A stretch of 36,265 bases of DNA from Myxococcota bacterium (GTDB taxonomy: Bacteria; Myxococcota; SpSt-1050): positions 1 to 36,265 of the forward strand of contig JBMFOP010000020.1 of NCBI GenBank assembly GCA_049969675.1. The letters run 5' to 3'. Position 1 is the stretch's first letter, and each line of letters opens with the position of its first letter. The notes beneath the pieces are model-generated. The model was not told where the DNA came from and made no database searches. It was given only the letters and a program-made list of their open reading frames with translations. Shown one piece after another: positions 18,801 to 27,568 of this stretch. Made by a program: the position numbers and the translations under genes.

Positions 18801-19383
18801 CGTAATCTAAGAGCTCGGTTGTGGGGTCAGTGGAGTAAGATACAATGGTATATCTCTTCCCGGACCTATTAAAGGGAGAGCCGTGGGTCAGATGTCCTCC
18901 TTCAGATAGAGCCATACCCATTACCACATCACCTGGCTGAACAAATGCCTCATAAATAGCATTATTTGCGGCAGCCCCGGAGAGCGGCTGAACATTTACA
19001 TATATTTTATCTTCAGGGAGGTTAGGTGTGGCAAAGAGTCTTGCCGCTCTCCTTTGAGCAAGCACCTCTACAAGATTGGCAATATCACAACCTTTGTAAA
19101 ATCTCCTGTCCGCATATCTCCTGTATCTTGCCATCTGGTAATAATAGTCTGTGACCTTACTCTCTTCCTCCCTTGTCATTCTGATTGGTGGATAACCCTC
19201 TGTATAAATACTTACAAATGCGGTTGAGAGTGCCTCTCTGACAGGGTGTGGGGTGATAGATTCAGATGGAATCAGGACTACTTTCTGAAGCTGTCTCTCC
19301 TCCTCAACCTTTGAAAGGAGAGATATCTCTCTGTCAAATTTTGAAAGCTCGCTATAAAATATGCTTTTGTATTCATTATTCAT
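15874..19383 (-). CDS. glyA-gcvT: Fusion: serine hydroxymethyltransferase + degenerate GcvT-like domain + glycine cleavage T protein
   Basis: GlyA: LIPSES, YTEGYP, NVQPLSGAAAN, GGHLTHG, TTHKTLCGPRG, FPGEQGGP, LRIGTP. GcvT: FAGWEMPVWY, LFDVSHMG, SRTGYTGE, GLGARDSLRTEAGLPLYGHEL. SD ggagg upstream. Confidence 0.93.
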   Translation of the reverse strand: MNNEYKSIFYSELSKFDREISLLSKVEEERQLQKVVLIPSESITPHPVREALSTAFVSIYTEGYPPIRMTREEESKVTDYYYQMARYRRYADRRFYKGCDIANLVEVLAQRRAARLFATPNLPEDKIYVNVQPLSGAAANNAIYEAFVQPGDVVMGMALSEGGHLTHGSPFNRSGKRYTIVSYSTDPTTELLDYDKIMQQAKEAKPKMIIAGWTSYPWAPDWKKFREIADEVGAKLVADVSHPAGLIVGGVYPNPIEYCDAVMCTTHKTLCGPRGAIILTKDESIAAKIDNAVFPGEQGGPHVNKMAAMAIAFKIADSELFREMMRQVVKNASAMADQFVERGLKLANNGTNTHMLLIDLNKLPNSKPLPVKGEIAARILELCGIVLNKNTIAGDPTAAHASALRIGTPWITQRGYKEREVRALADIITDIILDIKPFFYQGLTGPLPRGKVEFSTITKGKERVLSLNQSVVLKSDEQIGYPFMPFKPKKAEGIEFKFADESSFFSELTDYGIFEISGERPGHFLHQIVTADIINMKSGESIATPLFDADGRILDFINIFCASTESEERFILLCNPFRKEMLLEYLRNISDGYIVFDREDVTKKIEGPANIIDLQDDILLSDKFGGFIFSQEIRLEIENLLSVKIENNSGIFKDGFYLFKISRLNGDPLFAIITRKDELKSIREIFTKNKIREISSNTTVLINNESYNLTISEFYNKYPHYFKTEKVYFAGEPLIRDVLIQKNKDVPKEKFSYTEKEGGLKRTVLYEWHRKNAQKVIPFAGWEMPVWYSSILDEHNVVRNAAGLFDVSHMGVLEVRGKNVESFLNILTTNYASWILPGQSQYSYLLDTEGNVIDDIMLYRKSKDSYMIVVNAGNADKDLAWMNYINSGKAILCDKRRYINIDSPVEIRNLKDRSAGSDMRVDISLQGKMALPTLLQIIKDPREKQRLKSLRRTDFLEMNIEGEDIIISRTGYTGEEIAFELYIHPDRVNKFWELILDAGKQYGVKPCGLGARDSLRTEAGLPLYGHELAGPYNISPAGAGFAPYVKLHKPFFIGRDAYIESEKRRKMEIIRFIMNNKISRPAKQKDVVVNAQGIAIGYVTSSAYNGEGFQVGLAFVDRNHIKEGSKIGIYCSPPTKANVNVGDEVKVGDRLVLPEIATILPRFERKKKK

Positions 19384-19606
19384 AGTAACCTCCTGAGGCG
19401 AAAGATATATTTACAACTTAATGTGTTTAAGTCAATGAAAGAGTGGTATAAAAAATTCTTTAGTTTATCACTGATATACAGGTGTTATAATAGGTAATCT
19501 AATCGCCAGATACTTGTTGGGAAACTGTTATCTTCGCCAGACTCTTTTTGGATTAGAGATTTTGTAAAACCGATAATCGCATAAAATTTATGGTAGGTAT
19601 ATCCTG

Positions 19607-19819
19607 TCATTTTCTCAAAAGATTAAAAATAATTGTAAGTATTATACTGATGAGGATTGATGTTGCAATAGGAAAGTAAAATGTAAAGTTCTTTCTCTGA
19701 ATGAGGATATCTCCCGGGAGTTTCCCTATGAATGGGATTTTATCAAAGAATGTGAGTAGCAGTCCTGAAAATCCAAGAATGGCAGAAATAATAATGAGAA
19801 ATCTTCCAATCTCCTGCAT
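19607..19819 (-). CDS. DUF2905-family small membrane protein
   Basis: GKLPGDI...NFTFYFPIATSILIS motif. Confidence 0.85.
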   Translation of the reverse strand: MQEIGRFLIIISAILGFSGLLLTFFDKIPFIGKLPGDILIQRKNFTFYFPIATSILISIILTIIFNLLRK

Positions 19820-19821
19820 AT

Positions 19822-20349
19822 TTATATGTGTCTTGAGAGCACCTCTTTGTATATGTCAAAATCAGTCTGTGAAAATAGGGCAAATATGACCTTTGTAATA
19901 TTATTGTCATCTCTTAGAAAGTCTATTGTAGTTTTAATCGCAATCGGTGCCGCCTCTCGTATTGGATATCCATAGGCGCCAGTTGAGATGGATGGGAATG
20001 CAATAGTTTTAATGTTATGTTCAACAGCGAGCCTTAATGAATTTATATAACAGCCTCTTAATAGTTCCGGCTCATTCTGTTTGCCGTCACGATACACCGG
20101 ACCAACTGTGTGAATTACATATTTTGCCTTTAGGTTGTAGCCTCTGGTTATCTTTGCCTCTCCAGTTTCACAGCCACCAAGTCTTCTGCACTCATCTTTT
20201 AGCATCGGTCCAGCGGCTCTATGAATTGCACCATCCACACCTCCACCGCCGAGCAGTGTCCTGTTTGCGGCATTTACAATGGCATCTACATTGAGTGTGG
20301 TAATGTCACCGAGAAAGAGTTCAATTCTATTGTTTTGAATACCACTCAT
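19822..20349 (-). CDS. Macrodomain O-acetyl-ADP-ribose deacetylase (YmdB-like)
   Basis: [42 protein letters not shown]. Confidence 0.93.
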   Translation of the reverse strand: MSGIQNNRIELFLGDITTLNVDAIVNAANRTLLGGGGVDGAIHRAAGPMLKDECRRLGGCETGEAKITRGYNLKAKYVIHTVGPVYRDGKQNEPELLRGCYINSLRLAVEHNIKTIAFPSISTGAYGYPIREAAPIAIKTTIDFLRDDNNITKVIFALFSQTDFDIYKEVLSRHI

Positions 20350-21527
20350 AATCCACTACAACTTTTTTTAACTATATCTCCACAAAACGGGACATCATAT
20401 CTCATCATTTTGAGATTGATATTGAGCTCAATAATCTTACTCTGGTCCAGACCGTTGTTATTAACTATGATGGAACCAGCAACGGACATCGCATTAAACC
20501 ATATATCCTGCACCTGTATCTTATTATCCACGAGAGAGTAATTGACAGTGGCTTTTAAGGCGCCTGCATCATCAGTGGTTAATGTCTGATTGGGCTTAAT
20601 ATCTTGTGGAAGGGTAATGACAACTATATCTTTGCAGGGCAGTAACTGACAGACCTTGAAAAGGGAGACATTGATTATAGGCTTACCGTTTTCTGTCTTT
20701 TTGCATGCGGTAGCTCTGTTATAAGTTGATTCAACTCCACCCAGTGTCAGAGATATATCTCTAAAAGTGGTGCTGTCTTTCATAAAATCATCACAATTAT
20801 CAACCATCCTGGCTCTAACTAACCCGCTCAGCATTGCTGTCTCAAATAGATTTGCCTTTTTACAAATACCCATCTCATTTGCCGTGCAGGCACAGAGCAT
20901 ATTATCAAAGCTCTTATTTACATCTGTCGGGGAACATTTTTTGAGACACAGACCTTTATTGTAATCTACTCCGTAATAACCACTGAGTTTTATACAATCG
21001 GAGTCACATTTGCATACATTATTCCCTGTACACTGTTCGTAATTGTTAAATCCTTCATCTGTGCAGGGCAGGATATTTTCACACCCATTGGAGAAGTCCA
21101 TATCTTTATCACTGAATCCGAGATTACATTTATCAATCTTACATACACCCTCATCGCATCTTGCAGTATTTACATTCTCCTTAATACATTCTGAATCTTC
21201 TTTACACTGCGGTTCGGCTGGTATATTGCAATGATTCTCTTTGCATAATTGTCCGGATGGGCAGTCGTTGTATGTCTCGCAGGGGAGGCCAACCTCATCT
21301 TTTAGGTGACAGCTATTATCTAATGGATAACAGAACTCATTCTCTTTGCACCCTGAGTCTTCGCAGGAGTAGATCCTAAATTCAGTCTTGTGGCACTTCA
21401 TATCAGTCTTGCTGCAAAATTGTCCTTTCGGACAGTTTTCACTTGAGATGCAGGGAGCCAGCTCTGTATCTACAAAGCAACTGATAAATAAAAATAAAAG
21501 TGAAAGAACTATAAATATCTTTTGCAC
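20346..21527 (-). CDS. Cysteine-rich putative lipoprotein
   Basis: GTG start, signal peptide ending FISC, repeated CxxxxxCxxGQxC units, [17 protein letters not shown] motif. Confidence 0.75.
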   Translation of the reverse strand: MQKIFIVLSLLFLFISCFVDTELAPCISSENCPKGQFCSKTDMKCHKTEFRIYSCEDSGCKENEFCYPLDNSCHLKDEVGLPCETYNDCPSGQLCKENHCNIPAEPQCKEDSECIKENVNTARCDEGVCKIDKCNLGFSDKDMDFSNGCENILPCTDEGFNNYEQCTGNNVCKCDSDCIKLSGYYGVDYNKGLCLKKCSPTDVNKSFDNMLCACTANEMGICKKANLFETAMLSGLVRARMVDNCDDFMKDSTTFRDISLTLGGVESTYNRATACKKTENGKPIINVSLFKVCQLLPCKDIVVITLPQDIKPNQTLTTDDAGALKATVNYSLVDNKIQVQDIWFNAMSVAGSIIVNNNGLDQSKIIELNINLKMMRYDVPFCGDIVKKSCSGL

Positions 21528-21528
21528 C

Positions 21529-22593
21529 TCAATACTCCATAAAAAGGTTTATTGTTGAGCCGTTAAAGGTAACTTTAGATTCAATCCTTTTACCCTTCAA
21601 ATAATAATTGATGCCCAGAGCAACGGCGGTGATTGTGGCAACACCAAAGAGTCCAAATGATATATTTGCCGCCTTTGCCTTGGTATCGGCAGAGTCCAAT
21701 ACCTTTTTTGCATTTATCTGTTCGCAGAGCGAATCCCTATCTACAGAATTAGTACACTTCGCATTTTTGACCTTGTTTTCGTCCGATTTTGAGAGCGTTC
21801 CAAGGACTATGCCGGTAGAAAGGAGCATCAGTGCCGCAGATGATGAAATGATGAATGGAGGCTCTTCATAAAATTTATCCTTCTTTGCTGGTGTGGTAGC
21901 GGTGGCAGATAATGAAGGTTCTGAATCCTCGCACCTCTCCAGATTTATCTCACTTATCTCCGATGCAGAAACAATGACATCTATAACCTTGCAGTCCTTC
22001 TCACCTTTCTTGATTCTGACCTTGTGCAGTCCGCTCGCCAGCCCATCTACAACAATAGGGGCATTTGAATAAAAATTACCGTCTATAAATACCTGAAAGT
22101 CCTCAGGGGCGTTTACATTTATTGAACCGGTTCCAATCTTCTTCAATGCCCCTTCAACATATCTGGCGATATCATTTACCAATGTTTCACTCATCTTAAA
22201 ACTCTTGAGCAATCTCAAATCTATTCTGGCATTTGGGATATTATATAGGATACCTCGCAATATTATATTACCTTTCTCCTTCATAACAGATATAGAGAGC
22301 AGCCAGTTGACCTTGACGATATCTCCCATCTGGGAAATACACATTATATCTGATTTGCAATTGTCCATTGCCTCTACCGGAGATAGTCCCAGAGCCTTTT
22401 GCATATCCTCCTGAAGAATGAGAATATATCTATTTGAGGCTTGAAGTTCCAGTCTTATGTTTTTATCAATAGCAGTTAGTATGGTTTTGTCTATATTGCT
22501 GCTCCTGACATTTAGTAAACCAAGTCTTCCCTTCTCCTGTGCATAAAGATTAGAAGCGAAGAGAATAAGGAGGAAAAATAATATTTTTCTCAT
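21529..22593 (-). CDS. Exported PEGA-domain protein with C-terminal hydrophobic segments
   Basis: Signal peptide (..LYA-Q), GSINV...QVFIDG...P.....LASGLHKVRIKK PEGA pattern. Confidence 0.75.
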   Translation of the reverse strand: MRKILFFLLILFASNLYAQEKGRLGLLNVRSSNIDKTILTAIDKNIRLELQASNRYILILQEDMQKALGLSPVEAMDNCKSDIMCISQMGDIVKVNWLLSISVMKEKGNIILRGILYNIPNARIDLRLLKSFKMSETLVNDIARYVEGALKKIGTGSINVNAPEDFQVFIDGNFYSNAPIVVDGLASGLHKVRIKKGEKDCKVIDVIVSASEISEINLERCEDSEPSLSATATTPAKKDKFYEEPPFIISSSAALMLLSTGIVLGTLSKSDENKVKNAKCTNSVDRDSLCEQINAKKVLDSADTKAKAANISFGLFGVATITAVALGINYYLKGKRIESKVTFNGSTINLFMEY

Positions 22594-24083
22594 CGTGCCT
22601 TCCTCAAAAGGAGTACATCGTTCTCATCTAATATAACAGAATAATTATATTTTTCAATCAAATCCTTGATTCGCTCTTTTAATATGACAGCGTCTGATGT
22701 GGAGTCTCCTCTGGTAAGAAATAGTTGATATTCGGCATCCGAAAAGGGCTTCAACCCAAGTTGCCTGTAGTGATACATATGTAGAATAAACGGAACTGCA
22801 AATTCTATATTCTCCCTGTGTGTAAAATGGGGCCCAAATGCATTGATTGTTGCAAGGTGTGCATCTTCTGGAATCATCTTCTTTGCTTTATAAAATGAGC
22901 TTTCATAGTAATTCTTTTCAAAGTATTTGAATTTAATGACAGTGTGATAGACAATAATTACATTTCCAATTACAAATAGTACCATTGAGATTGAAGCCAT
23001 AGTACTCAATCTTGTGTGGAGAAAATTATTCTTCCTGATAATCTCTCTCAGTTTTAGAAAACCATATATGGATGAGCCGATGATAAAAGGGATAACTATA
23101 TTTAAGTACTGATATTTCAGGGCAAATTGAGGTGGATAATTGGCTATCCAGTTTATATATAATATTGGGAAGATCACAATCAAGAATACCGGTGATAGAA
23201 ATGACAGAAATAGAGTAGGATAAAAGAGTCTCAGAAGGACCTTGACCTTGATAAATGTCCCCATTTTTATTATCGGAGAGATGGGATTTGAGATAATACT
23301 AATTATCACTTCTTTCATATTCTTCCCGAGGTAGGCATATCGTTCTATGTAAAGATAATCTCCGGAATATGTTTTGGGCCTGAAATATGGAATAAAGAGC
23401 TTCATTACGAGCAAGAAATATATTGATCCAATTAGCGACAGAATCAGATATCTTATATCCTTAACTATAATTGCAAATGCAATACCCATCAGGGTAATAG
23501 TAATGGCTACATCCTCTTTTATGGTGAGGGCAATGATTGAGGCGATAAATACCCGACTCTGCTTTTGGAGTGAGAAATTATAAATGATATACATAAAGAG
23601 AGGAATGGAGATGGTCTCAGGGTGAAAGTCAAATAATGTAATCAACATTACATTTGTATTCCCCAGAATTGCCAGACCAAATGCAGCTGAAAGCCTCAAA
23701 TCTTTTGTCAGATTGTAACTCAACATCCCCGCATAATATCCAGCTAATGAGATAATTACTGTCTGTGCTATCAGTAAAATTCTTACATCCTCCCATATCC
23801 AGTAGAGCGGCGCAAATATTAAAAGGATGGGAGAGAAGTGGTCACCTAAATAATTGAATCCCTTGATTGAACTCGCAAAGAGTCTGCCGTGAGCGATATT
23901 GTATATTATCTGGTCAAAGAGTCCGAGGTCATACATTGCACTATTCAACCGGGTGTGTCTCAGTATAGAGAGGTAGGAGAATACAATAATAAAAATAAGC
24001 ATCTCGAAAAGGAGTATTATTTTTAGTTCTATCTCCTCAGATCTCTCAAAGTTGAAAAGTTTTTTAATATATAAAACATCCAT
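22590..24083 (-). CDS. DUF2079-family polytopic membrane protein (predicted GT-C-like)
   Basis: YDLGLFDQ, GDHFSPIL, FDFHPE, IKED, RYAYLG, YQY motifs; many TMs. Confidence 0.85.
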   Translation of the reverse strand: MDVLYIKKLFNFERSEEIELKIILLFEMLIFIIVFSYLSILRHTRLNSAMYDLGLFDQIIYNIAHGRLFASSIKGFNYLGDHFSPILLIFAPLYWIWEDVRILLIAQTVIISLAGYYAGMLSYNLTKDLRLSAAFGLAILGNTNVMLITLFDFHPETISIPLFMYIIYNFSLQKQSRVFIASIIALTIKEDVAITITLMGIAFAIIVKDIRYLILSLIGSIYFLLVMKLFIPYFRPKTYSGDYLYIERYAYLGKNMKEVIISIISNPISPIIKMGTFIKVKVLLRLFYPTLFLSFLSPVFLIVIFPILYINWIANYPPQFALKYQYLNIVIPFIIGSSIYGFLKLREIIRKNNFLHTRLSTMASISMVLFVIGNVIIVYHTVIKFKYFEKNYYESSFYKAKKMIPEDAHLATINAFGPHFTHRENIEFAVPFILHMYHYRQLGLKPFSDAEYQLFLTRGDSTSDAVILKERIKDLIEKYNYSVILDENDVLLLRKAR

Positions 24084-24278
24084 AGTCTACATAAAGTTGT
24101 GTCTATATATCATTTATCTAAATTTTATCAAATCTTTAATCTACTTGATTGTACCTGATGCGGCATAACCGAAACCAAAATCCATAAAAATCTTCTGCGC
24201 ATTTTGTATAGAAGTTATGATGTTTTTACTTAAATCCCACTCAATATAGCAATTATTCAATTTAGGTTTTAATGTGGG

Positions 24279-24472
24279 TCATATATGTCCAAAATAAGTT
24301 TTAATTTTAGAACTCTCAGATATTGAATTTTGAAGAGAAGGATTTATATGAATATGAGTCGCATCAGTTTTAAGCAAATTCTACAAATATTGCATAAAAA
24401 TATGTTTTATAAGGCAGTGAGAGAGAGGGGAATGGAGAGGAATAAAGAAATTTATCTCTCAAGGGCAATTTT
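24279..24472 (+). repeat. Dispersed ~195-bp intergenic repeat, copy 2
   Basis: Same orientation and clear similarity to 404-598. Confidence 0.85.
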
Positions 24473-24654
24473 GTTATAATATTTTACCGCGTTAGAAGGA
24501 AAGTCTCCCTCTTTGAGTGTGTTAAAAATATAATAGTGCGGGTGGTGTTCAAGCGCCCAGCCGGGCTTCCTTATGGTATATAACATACAGGGAGTTGTGT
24601 GAAAGGATAAATAAAACCTATGAGTCGTTACCTATTGTGCCAGATGCAGCAATT

Positions 24655-24682
24655 GTAGGGGCTAATGATTATTAGCCCTTAC
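24655..24682. repeat. GTAG-family REP-like palindrome
   Basis: GTAGGGGCTAAT-gatt-ATTAGCCCTTAC: 12-bp stem with one G:T pair, starting with GTAG. Confidence 0.7.
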
Positions 24683-24907
24683 TAATTTAAAGTTGGACAG
24701 CATTTTAGTGGGTAGTGTATTGGAGAAAGGGGGATAACCTGATCTTAAAAATATGGATTCCAGAACCCCTTATTTTACAAATAGTTAGCTTTTCAAATCA
24801 AATTATTTTGGAATGCGGTAAATGTTAGGTATTAATATCTTCATAATTATATTTTCGTTGAATTTATATTTTTATTGAATATAGTGCATAACCGACTTTT
24901 GGGGAGT

Positions 24908-26557
24908 ATGATTATGCAATTTATAATAGAAGTTCTTAAGCAAAATCACCTCTTGCTGATATTTGTGGTAGCGGGGCTTGGTTATGCCATAGGGCATATT
25001 AAGATAAAGGGGTTCTCTCTGGGGATTTCGGCGGTCCTCTTCGTCGGGCTCTTCTTTGGTGCGCTAGATAAGGATATCAGGTTGCCAGAGGTTGTCCATA
25101 TGCTTGGGCTTGTAATCTTCGTCTATGCGATTGGTATTTCCAGCGGACCGGGCTTCTTTGCATCTCTTAAAGGCAGAGGTATTTCAGAGAATCTACTGGC
25201 TGGTGGAATCTTAATTGTTGCTACATTTGTGGTAATTCTTTTTAAAAAGATATTTGTGTTATCTTCTGCTGTTGCTGCTGGGCTATTCTGTGGTTCTTTT
25301 ACAAATACTCCCGCACTTGCAGCTGTAATTGAGGCAATTAAGAGGGCATCAGGTGGTATTGAAAATACTCAATTGACAGCAGAGCCAGTATTTGGATATT
25401 CGGTTGCATATCCTATGGGAGTAATAGGGATACTTCTTTCGTTCTATGTGTTTCAGAGGTTGTTTAAGATAGATTTTTCAGAAGAGGCGAGTCGTTTCCC
25501 TGAACAGGTTGGAGGGCAGAAGAGGATTATTAATCTCACAATCAGGGTGACAAAGGAGGATATAAAAGGTATCAGGATCGCCGATTTTGTACATTCAAAA
25601 CATCTCAGAGTAATATTTGGTAGATTCAAACGAGGAGACTTACTTGAACTCGTGGACAGTGATACCACTCTTGAGGTTGGGGACCTTGTAACTGTAGTTG
25701 GAGAGGAAGGAGATGTCTTGAAGGCTGTGGAGATAATAGGCGAGATAAGTAATATTGCAATTGATATGGATAGAACTTTATTGGACTTTAGAAGGATTTT
25801 TGTCTCAAAGAAGGAGGTTGTGGAGAAACCGATAAGAGAGCTCAAGCTACCTAAACGTTTCAGGGCTTTGATAACGCGGGTAAGAAGGGGCGATATTGAA
25901 TTTGTCCCCGATGGCAATACCGTTCTGGAACTTGGAGATAGAGTTAGGGTGCTGGGTCCACGGGAGAGAATGGATGAGATATCAAAATTTTTTGGTGATT
26001 CATATAAGGCTATTTCAGAGATAGATGTAGTTCCATTTGCCCTCGGAATTGCTCTTGGAATTCTTCTTGGTAGTATTCCCATTCCTATAACTGCTGAGAT
26101 AAAGATAACCCTTGGTGTCGCAGGTGGCCCATTAATTGTTGGGCTCATTCTTGGTAGAATAGGAAAGACATATCATATAATCTGGCAGATCCCATACAAT
26201 GCAAATCTTACTCTAAGACAACTTGGAATAATCTTATTTATGGCTGGAGTGGGGACACGCTCGGGATATACATTTTATAACACCTTAAAAGCTGGTAATG
26301 GTCCGCTTATCTTTATACTTGGAGCAATTATTACTATCGCCGCTGTATGGACTGCGCTGCTGGTAGGTTATAAACTGCTAAAGATACCATTTAGTATAAT
26401 GACCGGTATTGTAAGCGGAATTCATACTCAGCCATCTGCCCTTGCCTTTGCAAATGAACAGAGTGGTCTGGATGCGCCTAATATAGGTTATGCAACTGTA
26501 TATCCCCTTTCTACAATATTAAAAATCATTCTTGCACAGATGATTCTTTTATTTTAA
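24908..26557 (+). CDS. Aspartate:alanine exchanger (AAE, YidE/YbjL) family transporter with two TrkA-C domains
   Basis: LFVGL, FVYAIG..SGPGFF, GSFTNTPAL, YSVAYPMG, RVRRGD, AGGPLIVGLILG, GIHTQPSAL, GYATVYP; ATG 24908 (or 24914) after ggggag preferred over track TTG 24875. Confidence 0.9.
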   Translation: MIMQFIIEVLKQNHLLLIFVVAGLGYAIGHIKIKGFSLGISAVLFVGLFFGALDKDIRLPEVVHMLGLVIFVYAIGISSGPGFFASLKGRGISENLLAGGILIVATFVVILFKKIFVLSSAVAAGLFCGSFTNTPALAAVIEAIKRASGGIENTQLTAEPVFGYSVAYPMGVIGILLSFYVFQRLFKIDFSEEASRFPEQVGGQKRIINLTIRVTKEDIKGIRIADFVHSKHLRVIFGRFKRGDLLELVDSDTTLEVGDLVTVVGEEGDVLKAVEIIGEISNIAIDMDRTLLDFRRIFVSKKEVVEKPIRELKLPKRFRALITRVRRGDIEFVPDGNTVLELGDRVRVLGPRERMDEISKFFGDSYKAISEIDVVPFALGIALGILLGSIPIPITAEIKITLGVAGGPLIVGLILGRIGKTYHIIWQIPYNANLTLRQLGIILFMAGVGTRSGYTFYNTLKAGNGPLIFILGAIITIAAVWTALLVGYKLLKIPFSIMTGIVSGIHTQPSALAFANEQSGLDAPNIGYATVYPLSTILKIILAQMILLF

Positions 26558-27556
26558 GTATTCAATCCAGACATCGGGTACAACCCAATCAATATGAACT
26601 GGAACATCATTAATGCCTCCCATACCCCTTGAATTACCATTGGCAAAGTGTGCAGTATTCCATATCTTTTCAGCAATCAAAGCACTCCATCCGTATTTTT
26701 TAATATATTCCGCCGTAATATTTTTATTTGTCCCGATTCCTAGCTCAGCAAGCACATTGAAGTCTCTCTGTTCAAAGATAAGATAAGAAATCTTCTTCTT
26801 TATATATTCCTTTCCATCCTCACTATCTGATGTAGCATTTAAAAATCTACCATCTTTAATTTCAAACCTAATATTATAAGGAAGCGGCTCGCTACCACCC
26901 CAACCTTTTGGAATGGTGATATATCCATTTGAATCACCCTCAAAGACTGGCACAACATACGCCTCAGCACCTGGTAGATTGCCAAATTTACCTTTAGTAT
27001 GTAATAACCCGCTTGAGATATGAACAAGTTTCGGATCAATCTCAACTGCTACTTCTGTCCCATTTGCCTTAATTCTTATATATCTGGAGGATTTTATTTT
27101 CTCTGCAATCTCACAGGTTATATTATGAATTTCCATATAATCCACATCCATAGGTCCATCTTTATCAAACATCTCAAGTGTAAAACCCGGCATACTTGCG
27201 ATACGACTACCCTTTTCTGTCTGTGTCTTTCTAAATCTTGTATGCGTAAGAGAGAATGCAGTTGTCAAAAACAAAATATCCTTATATGAGATCTGTCTGT
27301 ATAGATCCTCTGTTGCGTCAACCCCATTTCTTGGTTCCTGAGGGATATATGAAAATAATTCCACATCTATGCCTTCAGATTTATAAGTATCATATATCAC
27401 CTTTGCAACTTCAATTGATTTTTTCATCTGTTCAATAATGCTGCTATCAAATTTATCATTTATCTCCTGATAGACTATTCCAACGCTCTCTCCTTTCTGA
27501 TATCCCATATTAACATTTAGTGCATTTAGAATAGATTTCTGAACGAATTTATTCAT
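26549..27556 (-). CDS. Aminopeptidase T-like (M29-like) metallopeptidase family protein
   Basis: SLTHT, RIASMPG, GNLPGAEAYVVP, LAELGIGTN, EKIWNTAHFANG, HIDWV. Confidence 0.75.
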   Translation of the reverse strand: MNKFVQKSILNALNVNMGYQKGESVGIVYQEINDKFDSSIIEQMKKSIEVAKVIYDTYKSEGIDVELFSYIPQEPRNGVDATEDLYRQISYKDILFLTTAFSLTHTRFRKTQTEKGSRIASMPGFTLEMFDKDGPMDVDYMEIHNITCEIAEKIKSSRYIRIKANGTEVAVEIDPKLVHISSGLLHTKGKFGNLPGAEAYVVPVFEGDSNGYITIPKGWGGSEPLPYNIRFEIKDGRFLNATSDSEDGKEYIKKKISYLIFEQRDFNVLAELGIGTNKNITAEYIKKYGWSALIAEKIWNTAHFANGNSRGMGGINDVPVHIDWVVPDVWIEYLK

Positions 27557-27568
27557 CTCTCCTCCATC

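Noticed and set aside
19384..19606. Glycine or THF riboswitch upstream of glyA-gcvT
   Set aside because: No aptamer consensus visible; a TTGACT promoter-like element lies too close to the SD to leave room for one
24690..24701. aagttggacagc as right terminal inverted repeat of repeat copy 2
   Set aside because: Only a 7-8 nt match to the inverse of the terminal motif and no counterpart near copy 1
25453..26148. 231-aa antisense ORF
   Set aside because: Shadow of the well-supported AAE transporter; S/T/P/I-rich antisense composition
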